Positions 14,541-26,900 of a stretch of DNA of 64,000 bases are shown one piece after another. The first letter of the stretch is position 1. Every line of letters starts with the position of its first letter. The stretch is from assembly GCA_002269645.1 (NCBI GenBank), contig NIVC01002802.1, positions 75,386 through 139,385 of the forward strand, given 5' to 3'. The notes beneath the pieces were generated by a model. The model worked only from the letters and a program-made list of their open reading frames with translations, had not been told where the DNA came from and searched no databases. Origin of the DNA: Macrostomum lignano (Eukaryota). The position numbers and the translations under genes were made by a program.

Positions 14541-15603
14541 AATCTATAAACAATAAGCTGAAACATGATCATTAATATAAAATTGAAAGTTGAAATACTA
14601 TACTGTAAGATTTTTTAACTACTTAAACCTTATTATTAAAAATCCTCATTACAGAAAAATATAAAACTATATTTAAAAACAAAACTATCTAGGTAGGTAC
14701 TAATAAATAGGCTTATAAAAAATTCATTAATTTCACAAAAAAAGAATATTTGTTAAGCTATAAATAAAATTATAGCTATAGTATAATATATAGCTAAGAT
14801 AATAAAATAGATATCTGTGGTATCTGTAAATTAAAGAACTACTATTGTGACCACAAGTATAAAAATATAATATGCCTAATTTAAAAGCTAGCCAAAGTTT
14901 TTTACAGCAAAAGTTATAGAAGACCAACATTAAAAATATTTGTTTATATACATTTTTTGGCTTACAGTTGGCAATAAGTATTAGTTATTTTATTAGGTAT
15001 TAGCTATTTTACTATTAAGCTTTTTTTCTTTCTTAAACTGGTTAGCTACTAAGAAATAGACATAAGATAATGATAAGGACAGGAAAGTTAAGAGCTGCCT
15101 AACAACCTCTTTTAATATACTAATATTATTAAAATGCTATATATTATTAAGAAAATGATTTAGGAGAGACAAATTCAAAATATGCAATAACTTGAGAGAT
15201 ATGCATACAGAATACTCTTTTAAGACTGACATAGACATTTTTATTTTATTATCATTAATTGTTAAATTAATTGTAATTCTTACATTGTAAAGCTTTCTAT
15301 TAGGTCCTAGAAGTAAGTTAAGATGTTTTATATGTATTTAAGACTTTTTGAATAAGAAAAACAACTTGTTGCTATTTGAACCTTAGAAAAATTTTAAATA
15401 GAGTTTCTTTTTTTATTTTAGTTTAATTTATTCTAAACATGAGTTAAGACAATTCTGCAATGTTTATTCAGCAGTGCTTATATCTGCAATGCTAATATAA
15501 ACACACATATAGGCACACAAGATATAAGCACACAATTCTGCAGTGCTTAAGCCTATATCAGTCACTAAATATTTTGTTAAAGTGACAGAAATGAATGTAC
15601 AGA

Positions 15604-16550
15604 TCTCTACATATAAAAATCAAAACTCTGTGTGTGTGTGTGTGTGTGTCTGTCTGTGTGTGGACAATTTTGATCGCTATGGACTCCCAAACCGCTCAAC
15701 CAAATGACACCAAAATTTACACCCACCCTAAACTTACTACGGAGAATGACTTAGGCTACCTTTTAATTTCCTAAATTTGAGTCTTCCTACCTAAAAGTAC
15801 AAAAAACTGCTCAAAATGCGCATTTTTTTCACTAAATCCTCCATAGCGCCGCTCCACTTCTACCGATTCTCTTCAAATTTGACACAGACAATTTTCAACT
15901 ATTTTGGCACAATCGTATAAAATTTCAAGTCTGAAAGTTAATCCTGAACGGCGGTGTGCACTTTTAAAGTTTGGCTGTTTTTTTCAGCGAGGCCGCCACC
16001 CCAACCTCCGCCTGCCTGCCTCTCTTTCCCAATCTGGGCCCAGATGTGTAAAAGGGTTTCAAAATTGACTAACTTTCAGCTGCCATAAGTTTGCTCCACG
16101 TAAAGCGATTGACTTCAAACTTAACACAATTCTTTATTGACTCATTCTCTATCTAAATGTAAAGTTTCAACTCTGTAACTCAACCGAAAAAGAAACTGTA
16201 AGCATGTGAAGTTTGTCTGCTTTTTCTGTTGTTTGTGCCACTCACTCACTCTACTCATTCCCCCAGAGCCAGACAAAGGGTCAGGCGATAGGACTGAATG
16301 TACATAGCAAATGTACACAGTGTTTTGGAATAACTTTTTAATAGCCTTCTCTGTACCCCCGCGCATGGAGAGGCTACGTTTAGCCGTGACAGTTTAGTGA
16401 GAAATTCTAACCACTGTCCTCTGTATTGGCAAACTCTGCAGCAGTTTAACACTGGATGGCAATTGGCAAATCGAGGGAATCCAGCATGGTTTGTAAAAGC
16501 GAAAGATTTATGAAAAGGCGAAGCGATGCAATGCAATACAACCCTACTAA
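15604..16550 (+). mobile_element. Non-autonomous Helitron/Helentron-like element (right boundary uncertain)
   Basis: 5' TCTCTACATATAAAAAT followed by a (TG)n/TCTG microsatellite and recurring ACCGA..AAATTT motifs; a GCGAAGC motif lies near the 3' end. Pattern resemblance only. Confidence 0.45.
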
Positions 16551-16776
16551 ATTAGGCACACCATGGAAATTTTAGGTTTCTTTTAAAGGTACTGTGTAAA
16601 TTTTAAATGGCCTCCTAAGAAATGCGTATTTCCTTGGTTGTTAGACTGATGCAGACTGCAGTGGAGCTGAAGATACACAAATTCCTTTCAGGGCTGCAAA
16701 TTGGCAAGAAAGATGACGTGATCAAAGCATGAGAACAACCATGAGAGTACTACGTCCCACAAACTGGCTTTCCAAG

Positions 16777-17580
16777 CAGGGATGGGCAGACTTTTACCTC
16801 AAAGGCCAGATAAAGAATCCAGCTCATAGCTGAGGGGCAGATGAAAGTGGAAAGAAGAAAGAATAGACGATTCGAAGAGAGGAGAGGCGACAGAGGGGAT
16901 AAAAGAAAAGATAAAAGATAAAAGATAATAGGAGAGATGAGGGGGTGAGGACGATGAGAGAGAGGGAGAGAAGAGGGGAGAGAGGAAAAGCGAGATGAGA
17001 GAGCAGAGAGCTGCAGATGAGAAGAGAGAGGAGACAGCAGAGAGGAGAGCAGAGAGGAAACAGGTGAAAGAAGAGATGAGAGAGTAAAGGGAAGAGAGAA
17101 GAGATAAAGATACATCTCTACATCTCTAAGGTTGTAGAGATGAGAGAGGTGGAAGGAGAGATGAGAAATGAGAGATGAGAGATAACGGAGAGAGGAGAGT
17201 GGAGTGAGAGAAGGGAGGGAGACAGAGTATAGACAAGGGAAGAGAAGAGAAAAGAAGAAAGGAGAAAGGAAAGTGAGGAGTCAAAAGAGGGGAAATAAAA
17301 GAGTACAGAGGAGAGAGGTGAGAGAACATATAAGACAGAGATGCCAGATTAAAGAGGGGGATGAAAGAGCAGAGACGAGAGTGAACATATGAAAGATGGG
17401 AGAGTAGAGAGAACAGAGGAGAGTTTACAGAGACGAGAGGAGAGAGGAGAGACAAAGGTAGAGAAGTGAGTGAGAAGAGAGGAGAGGAAAGAGGAGAATG
17501 GAGAGTGGAGAGAGTAGAGAGAGGAGGAGAGATAAGAGAGAAAGACAGAGAAGAGAGAAAGACAGAGAAGAGAGAAAGAC

Positions 17581-17643
<63 letters not shown>

Positions 17644-18026
17644 GAACAGAGAGAAATGAGAAGAGATAACAGAGAAAAGATAAAAGAAGTGAAAGGAAAG
17701 ATGAGAGAGCAAAGACGAAAGAGAAAATAGTAGAGGAGAGAGTTAAGAGAAGAGAGAAAAGAATAGAGGAGAGAGGAGAGAGAAAAAGAAAAAGTAGAGA
17801 GAGAGGAGAGAGGAGAAGAGAGAAAGAAGAGACAAGAGATGAGATAAAAGAGATGAAAGAGAAGAGAGATGAGGGAAGATACGAGAGAAGAGGGGAGAGA
17901 GGAGAGAGGAGAGAGGAAAGACGAGGGACGAGAGAGAAGAGAGGAAACAGAAGAGGCGATAGAAATTTTAAAGGATCCAAGGGACATAGGGAGAGTCAGG
18001 GAGAGGCCAGAGTTTGCCAATACATG
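16777..18026 (+). mobile_element. Degenerate copy of the same hAT-like MITE carrying a ~1.1 kb purine-rich insert
   Basis: Left end CAGGGATGGGCAGAC..AAAGGCCAGAT, right end AAGGATCCAAGGG..AGAGTTTGCCAATACATG; both resemble the 14334-14540 ends. Confidence 0.6.
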
Positions 18027-19526
18027 TTTTAGAGTCAGACAGACATTACCTGACATTCTGTGCAGTACCCCAGCCAACAATATCAATGTTTGCCTCAAAT
18101 CCTTACACCAATGTGTCCATTTTATGTCTACCTCTATCCTACTAACTATTAACAAGTTTTTGTTTGTGTATGGCCTTAGATTTCAGAATTTCCGGGGATT
18201 CTCAGTTCCAGGGATTGGAATTCCCCGGGTTCAAAATCCGCGGGTATCAACAACTTGTAATATTTTAATTTTAAATGTAACAATGTTAATACTAAAACTA
18301 AAAAGGCAGTAGCTTAATTATTGTATTACATGTAAACTAAAAATAAAGGCAAAAAAGAGATCAAGATGATTCCATATATTATAAATTTACTTAAATGATT
18401 TGCACTTTTTAATAGAAAATATATACCTAAAAATTACTATCAATATCGTACTCATATTGAACTTGGATCACTCACAACCATGTCATTTGATTTTTTAAAT
18501 AAAGTATAAACAAATGTAATATTTATTATTGTTATAATTAATTTATTACTATTTATCAATGACAATAGTAACTATATTAAAGCTTAAAAGATGCTATACA
18601 TAAACTGTATACAATTTCTATGCATTATACAACAATAAAACAGACAAATTAAAAAACAATATTTTAAACAGCGCATTAAATTTTAAGTAGTAGGCCTAGT
18701 AGGCCTCCAACAATTGACTATTGCCAATTCCATTCTTAGCCATAGGCTTAGGCCGGGTTGGAATTCCAAAAAGCATAGGCCTAGAGTAAAGAACAAAAAT
18801 TCGTTATGCAAGGTACAATGCCAACAAAGTTTTGTTATTATTGTTATGCCCTTTAAAAATGTGACATACAATTGCGACGACTAAGTTTGAGAACATTACA
18901 AAACGTAGGGTCATGACCTAAAGTGACCTTTGACCTCACTGCCCCTGGCGAACTAAAAAACGACATAAACGTCAGCGTGATCTTCAAGACTGAGCTTGGG
19001 AAATAATAAAACAGTTTAAAATAATATAAGGCTTAATTATGGATTTTCTTCAGTCACCAATCGAAATGCATCAGCACGAGTCCACGACATCTAATATATT
19101 AATTCTATCAAATAATACCATATTCTTGCACTGTAGACGTAGCTCGATTTCAGGTTTTGCAGGAAACAGTTTCCTCGTTTAAAATGCACTATTTTTTTAT
19201 ATATTAACAAATATTTACAAAATAGTTTTTTAACTCCTATTAGTAAAGCAGCATAAATAAGTTTAGAAACTTATTAAAACTTATTTAACACGAAATAATG
19301 GACTTAAATTTAAAAGATCGCTGAGCAATCATACGTGCACATGTGCATGCACAATTGATCATCCGAAATACACCAACGCGCTTACATTGCATTTTTTCGT
19401 ACAGTCCTTACATTTTACCTTTATATGTTGTATATGAACGTATACTTACAATAGGCGTGCTAGTTGACATAGACAATGCAATAATTACTCTCGTATCAGG
19501 GCAGAGAGCCATAATCAATACAGGGT

Positions 19527-20845
19527 CAGGGGCGTCGGAACCGGGGGGGGGGGGCATGGGGAAGCCCCCCCTGCACTTTATAGCATGATCCTGCAGGTGC
19601 CCTTTTTGAATTTTAAGCAAGTGTCGGCCGGTGTTCGGCTTTGGCTTCTCTGAGTCTTGGAAGCTAAGGGTACCAGCTGATATAATAGTTCATGTTTTTG
19701 TTCTCATGCAATCCCATTCCATTAGTTTTTATCTAGTGCCTAAGCCTAGTGCTTTTAGGGGTCAGCAAACTTTTTACCTCAAGGGCCAGATTGAGAACAG
19801 CGCATGACTGCCCTTCTGGGTCCGCTTCGCTGAGCCCCCTAATTAAGCGAACGCGCGCCCAGCAGGAGTCCCTGGGCGGGAGAGAGGATAGGGAATAGAG
19901 AAGAGATCGAAATACGAGCGCAGGAGAAAGGAGAGGCGAAGGAATAAAGGAGAGGAGAGTAGACGAGAAAAGAGATAAAATAGGAGAGGAGAGAGGAGAG
20001 GAGAGATAAATGAGAAGAGGAGAGTCGAAAAATAAGAGAGAGGAGATCAGAGAAGGAGAGGAGAGAGGAGGGAAGGGAGAAGAGAATGGAGAGGAAACGG
20101 GAGATGAGAGGAGAGGAGAGTGGTGAGGAGAAGAGAGGAGAGGAGCGAGGTGAGGAGAGGTGAGGAGATGAGAGGAAGGAGAGGGGAGAGGAGAGGAGAG
20201 GATAAGGAAAGGAGAGGAGAGAGGTGAGGAGATGAGAGGAGAGGAGAGATGAGAGGAGAGGAGAGGAAAGGAGAGAGGAGAGGAGAGGAGAGGAAAGGAG
20301 AGGAGAGGAGAGGGGAATATGAGAAGAGAGAGGTGATCGGGAAGAGAGCTGAGAAGAGACACAATAATAAACATATCGAGCGGGCCGGATTGCTATTGTG
20401 AAGATTCAAAGGACCCAAGGCCGGATATAGAGAGGCTTTGCGGGCCACATTTGGCCCTCAGGGTACTGCAACTAAAGCACTAAAATGCCATCAGATAAAA
20501 GAATAAAGAGACAGCGCAAGAGGCAGGCAGCCAGGCAGAAGACAGGCAAGAGATCCAGAGAACTACTGGTCTTGCTCTGGCAATTTTCATTCATTTGAGA
20601 TATTTACTAAATAAATTGATAGTGCAGTGCAGTTGCGCAATGTTTGAATTAGTTTGAGAATTCAAACATTTTTCAGACTTTTGGCCACTTCCAACACAGA
20701 ATTGAATATTGGCGCGGTTGTCACAACTAATGTCACCTGACATAACAGCAGGAGTTTGGGTGCCCTTAGATTTAAAAAATAATGTGCAATGTGCCCTCCC
20801 ACCAATAGCCCCCCCCCCACTTTGAAATATGTTCCGACACCGCTG
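19527..20845. mobile_element. hAT-type MITE with nested element
   Basis: TIRs CAGGGGCGTCGGAAC / GTTCCGACACCGCTG (13/15); 8-bp TSD TACAGGGT (19519-26) vs TATAGGGT (20846-53), 7/8. Confidence 0.75.
19756..20470 (+). mobile_element. Nested Charlie-like MITE with internal (GAGAG)-rich tract
   Basis: TAGGGGTCAGCAAAC..AAGGGCCAGAT left end; GCGGGCCGGATT..AAAGGACCCAAGGCCGGAT..TTTGGCCC right part, shared with 14334-14540. Confidence 0.65.
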
Positions 20846-21180
20846 TATAGGGTGAGCCAAAAGTTTCCAGAATTTTAACAAATTTAAAACCTTAACTCTT
20901 TTTTTTCCATGGAGGGCGTGGCATAACACGTCTGTATCCCTCCCCCGCGCCATCCTCCGGTCGCGCCCCAAGGAACTGGCAACTACTGCCATAAAATACG
21001 CTGATCGTATATATACATTGAACAGAGAATTGAATTGTGTATTATACATGTATGTGTACCGTACACATGTATTTAATTGTATCGTAGTCACGTACATGTA
21101 CTGCACATGCAGTTGTTTTGTTGTTTTTGGTGCATGCAACTAATAACTGATCGAGCGTGGGTCACGCCAACCCAGAAAGT

Positions 21181-21950
21181 GACTATGCCGACGATCTCGC
21201 CTTTGCTACATGTATCTTCATGCCTCAACTCTTAAAGGACGCCTAGAGATTGCTAGCTGGACGTGTGCAGTCTGCTGTGGATGCTGTAATTGCGGCGGGA
21301 GTGTCGGCCTGATGGTCAACAAGCGCATAAAACCATGCATCATCGTGAGCTCTGCGTAGTGTAGCGGTCGGCATCGAGGCTAGCTACAAGTCCGTACCGA
21401 ACGCTAACGGACAGACGGCGAAATTTATACGCCATGTCAAACAATTGGTCTACATGTACATGTACCAGGCGATCTGGTTCCCTACGCCCGCCGTATAGGC
21501 TTTCCTGAGTTGCATTTCATTCTGTGAGGTTCCTGGCAGTCCGCGAGGCCCTTTCTACTAACCGCCAAAGGGAAACGTTTAAATTGTTCGAGGCGGGTGC
21601 ATGTGGAACGTACGTTTGTACCATCAATTGCTTTGCAGCGCCGAGGTACCTGCTGGTCGCTGACAGACTAGCTCGAACCGCCTGTTGACGGATGGATGCA
21701 ATATCGACGCCCCAGACAGCGTCGGTGAATCCAGCTGCTGGGCAGGCCATATCCTCATTCGTATACTACTCACAGCCGGTGTAGGAGGTGCTGCTGCTGA
21801 CAATGTTGCATGCATGCACCGTACCGCGGGGAGGACAGTCGCCAGCCTTTGCTAGCTGATACCAGAACCGGTTGTCGCTGTTCTCAAATTTTGAGACCTT
21901 CAGACAGAGGACATGTACATGTACGTATTGCATGCTGTTGTTGTTGTTGT
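21181..21950 (+). mobile_element. Decayed RTE-like non-LTR retrotransposon 3' fragment
   Basis: GACTATGCCGACGATCTCGCC = DYADDLA (RT motif), then a VGLMVNK-like segment; stops and indels; ends in a (TGT)n tail at about 21935-21950. Confidence 0.6.
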
Positions 21951-23109
21951 AGTCAGAAAACCGTGTTTGCGGAAAACTAGGAGCTATGAATTGTATAGCC
22001 GCTTAAACAAAAATTAGGTTTGCCAATGACCGTTCTAAGTGGCCTTAAATGTAAATACATACTCATAGCCATAATAGTAAAAAAATCAGAGCCAAAATCT
22101 CGTCAGAACTCATATGCAAAGCGAATTGCGTCCGATACACTCATAAATATATGTTTTGACAACTTTATATTATAATTTGTCTCTTTTTATCTGAACGCTG
22201 TCATTAGAAAAACAGTTGCGAAATGTCACAGAACCAACATTGAAAACTGCATAAATTCTAATAAAACTAGCCAAAATTCCAATTATATATAATCGACATG
22301 AATTATAACGATATAAAATGAAGCTCGATGAAATACAGTTTAAATTAGGCGTATACCAAAATACAGACTCCTACTTGAGCCACAGCATTAAGATACGCTC
22401 GCAAATACAAGTTAAAGAAATAACTTACTGCACGTAAACGTACATAATTATGGAATGTTAGCGAAAACACTAGCGGACAACAAAATGTCCTATTGGTTAT
22501 TACAGTAGTAGCATATATACTGTTTACTCAGGGTCAAGGGCAGTTTTAGCGTAGGCAGTGTATTTTAGTTTCGTTTTACTTGTACATGTATAGTACAGTG
22601 AACTGTAGTTGTAAAAATAATAAAGCATTCGTCATGATAATTCAACCATAATAGGTAATCATATTTAATTATTTATATATGAAACGTGGCGAGAATGGTG
22701 CAGCATAGCCAATAATACATGTAAATACGCTCGTATATATCATTTTACATATACTTCTGAGCAGCAATGGTGCAACAAATTTAGACATAAAATGAAAGAT
22801 CGGGTGCATCTTTTCGTTAAAAGAAGCATCGTTTAATATCGCGTCTGACACGGGGGCAAGCACAATAAAACTGACAAAAGTATAACAATTGATCGCTCAT
22901 AAATAGAAGTAAAACAAAATAAAAATTCAAAACAGTATATTTTGAAAGGAACGGAATGTGAGCAAATATGAATATGAACCTCTTAGAGTTTTTTCGAATG
23001 TTTGAGAGAATATTTGGGATTAAATATAAGTGACGGCAGTTGTCAAAAAATATTATTATTCTACGTTCACAGATCTCTAAACTCGTCATGATCCATCCAG
23101 TTGCTGACT

Positions 23110-23880
23110 CCAGCTGCAGTACCAACTACTGAACTCTAAACACTCATCAGAGCTGCTGAGACTTCCGTACCAACTACACTAAACTCTAAACACTCATCAG
23201 AGCTGATGTGACTTCAGTACCAACTATACTGAACTCTAAACACCCATCAGAGCTGATGTGACTTCAGTACCAACTATACTGAACTCTAAACACTCATCAG
23301 AGCTGCTGAGACTTCCGTACCAACTATACTGAACTCTAAACACCCATCAGAGCTGATGTGACTTTAGTACCAACTATACTGAATTCTAAACACCCATCAG
23401 AGCTGATGTGACTTCAGTACCAACTATACTGAACTCTAAACACCCATCAGAGCTGATGTGACTTCAGTACCAACTATACTGAATTCTAAACACCCATCAG
23501 AGCTGATGTGACTTCAGTACCAACTATACTGAACTCTAAACACCCATCAGAGCTGATGTGACTTCAGTACCAACTATACTGAACTCTAAACACCCATCAG
23601 AGCTGATGTGACTTCAGTACCAACTACACTGAACTCTAAACACCCATCAGAGCTGATGTGACTTCAGTACCAACTATACTGAACTCTAAACACCCATCAG
23701 AGCTGATGTGACTTCAGTACCAACTATACTGAACTCTAAACACCCATCAGAGCTGATGTGACTTCAGTACCAACTATACTGAACTCTAAACACACATCAG
23801 AGCTGATGTGACTTCAGTACCAACTATACTGAACTCTAAACACCCATCAGAGCTGATGTGACTTCAGTACCAACTACTTA
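23110..23880. repeat. 50-bp minisatellite GAACTCTAAACACCCATCAGAGCTGATGTGACTTCAGTACCAACTATACT
   Basis: About 15 nearly identical tandem units just downstream of the cadherin stop codon. Confidence 0.97.
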
Positions 23881-23993
23881 ACTCAAAGACTAGCCTGAAA
23901 ATACTATTAAAAGCAATAATACTAAGCATGCTGTATTCGCTTTTTTAAAATCCCCAGTGCTTGTAAAATACAACAGTGCAAAGGAATTACTAC

Positions 23994-26900
23994 TCAAATC
24001 TCACTAGTAGGCATATTTCGCAGAGTTGGGTGGTCGCTGAGGCTGTTTGGACCAGCCTCCACCGCGGCCGATAGAATAGCATTATTGGGATCTTCATCGA
24101 GGTTAATCCTTGGTCCGCTAGGACCCCCAGCGGTGGTGTCGTCTTCGTAGAAATTGACAGATTTTTCCAGTTCGTCGAAACGTTTGATGCAGAAGGCGAG
24201 TTGATTGTGAAGCTGGCTGTCATGGGAGATTCGGTCACTGAAGATGACAGGGTGAATCGTAAGAGAAGACATCAATAAAGACTTAAAACTTTGTAAATTA
24301 ATTCTCTTAGTTAATTTGATCTTACCTTTCAAATTCGAAGTTATCAAATTGTGCTCCATTGTGAAGATCCATCCAAATTGGATTGGAACTGAAAATTTGT
24401 TCAGTAAAAGTGGTGAACAGCTGATTTACTATTAGGAAGTATTGTGAAAGTCTGTTAAATCAACAAAGTTGTTTTTTTCTGGAGGTTAAAAGCAAATGTG
24501 TTGTTTAATTGTTTGTGCAACGCAACTGCAGAAGTCCACTCCATATCATATATCAGGTATTGAATGCATACATTTACTATAGTAGCCAAGTTTTATATGC
24601 CTCTTCTAGTAACAGAAAACTTTATGTTTGTCTCAAACACACGTTTCCATTCAAAGTTTGGTTAACTATTTCAGGAGATGCGATAAAGTTGTTGATAACC
24701 AATTTGAAAACACATGGATAAGCTAAAAGAATGGATGACGGATAGCCAACACAATAGCTGGGACAAATTTTCACACGATGCTCAAAACAAATATAAGCAA
24801 ATTTCAATAGTATACTCGTTGATTTCTGTGCATTTTAACAAACTTTAAATTTTGCATTAGTGGGTATTAGTGCGAAAAAATAATTTTGTTAAAAAAACTT
24901 GTCATGTGCTCAAACTCTCCGACATCATGCTCAATTAACTTCATTTTTGTCTAAGCATGCAAACACTTGTTGCGCGTGAAGGTGCTGCGTTCGATTATTT
25001 GACTGACTAACCGCTAAGAGCTTATATATAGTGTATTCAAACTTACGCTTGTTATATTATTTAATTGTGCAAACTGTCACACAAAACCTAAACAACACGA
25101 TTTTCATGTAGAATACGTTACGCTCACATTCATATACTAGCGATGATAATACTAACCTGAGTATGCAAATATATGTACAAATATCGAAATTTTTGTGTCA
25201 TAGTTTCCAAACTGATGCTGTTTGATGAGTGCAACTGATGATGAGAACTTGATATTTTTTGTTTTAAAATAATTTCTTGCTCTAAATTTCACTCCAAGAT
25301 GGCATCCTCATCTGGATCCGTGCATGCTCAGACTCAAAACAAAGTCTGACTTTCGTCTAGCACAGGTTTTGGCTGAATGCTGGCGGTGGTGGCGGAGTTA
25401 AACGCGGCATCCCCGCCGGTCTGCAGAGCACCGTTGTCGATGGCGTACGGATTCGAGTCGCCATTGGCGTGAGCTTGGCTGACTCGACTACTCAAAGCCA
25501 AGCTCTGGCTATTACCGTTGGCATCCTTGCCTTGCTGATGGCTGCTTCGATTTCGAAAGGTGGGAAAAGAAAGGGGATATAACACATTTGAGAGGTTGGT
25601 AAGTTTGTCAGTGAAGTCGGTCAGATCGCTGTGCGTGGACAGAATTATATTTTCTCTTGTTTTAGACGCCTTTAGAAAATGTTTAGGGACTGTCACACGT
25701 AGGTTAGTTAAAGGAACAAAAATATTACTAAAACTACAATCTATATCAGAATCGAAATAATAAAAAATGAAGGAACTAATTGAGTAAGTAAGTAAAACGA
25801 GAAATCAGAAATATCATCGAGGCTTACCCTTCATATGCGTGAGCGTTGGTTCCTGGCGCTTTTAAACTGTCTGAGTTACCGCCGGGACCTGCAAGAAATT
25901 AATCGAATCAAATTGGCTTTCTGTTCCGTGTGTTGAATTCTTTTTAACAGTCTTTTATGTAAGCACTGTACGGATACAAAAGCTGGCGCCCATGGTGCTA
26001 AAGCCCTTGGTGTTAAAGCTCCTGGTGCTAAAGCTCCTGGTACTAAAGGCCCTTGTGCTCAAACCACTGGTGCTAAAACCACTGGTCCTAAAACCACTGG
26101 TGCTACTGCCTCGGTGCTAAAGCTCCAGGTGCTAAAGCCCCTGGTACTAAAACCACTGGTGCTACTACCCCTGGTGCTAAAGCCCTCGCTAAAAAAACCT
26201 ATATCAACGCTCCTGCACTCCATTTCGATGCTACAGCGGGTTTCAAATCCAGCTACAAGTCCTTACCAAAGGCGACCGCAGTGGCAGCTTTCAGCTTTCG
26301 GCGATACATTCGTCTGCAGGACCAGAGCGATACGCAGGAGAAGAATAGCATTACGGTCAGACCGCAGGCGACAGCAATCAGGGCAATCTTCAGAATCTCC
26401 AACGTAGAATCCGTTGGCGCAGGTTGAACTGCGAGCCGGACCCACAGTACGTTGTAGGTTTTGTACAGCACCGGTAGTTCTGACCAGAGCTTGTCAATTT
26501 TGTCACGTACAGTTAGGGCAGAAATGATTGCGTTTGTTGTCTTATTGATCGCGTGAATGTAGATGTCGCTCCTATTAATTAGAGTGGATTCGTGGTTCCC
26601 GTTTCATTTAATCTTACAAATGTTGAGTGGAAATTGTTTGTGGATAAAAAGACTCACTTGGTATCATCCGCCGTGCCGTCCTCGCGTTTGTAAGTGACAA
26701 TATTGTTGGCCACAATTCTCCAGCCGGTGATGTTGCTCAGGTAGGCCATCAGTTCGTCTCGTACTGCGCCAGATCCACGCGTGTTGTCGCTAAGAGTGAC
26801 GACTATCTGCTGGTTAAGCGATAACAGATAAATAGTGCAACTGGCCCAAGAGGTGAAGCGCGAATCGCTAACGCTGACGTTGAAGATCAAAGAGCCCGAC

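Noticed and set aside
23110-23880. CRISPR-like or hammerhead-like array
   Set aside because: No unique spacers and no cas genes; CTGATGTG lacks the CUGANGA core and a paired GAAA.
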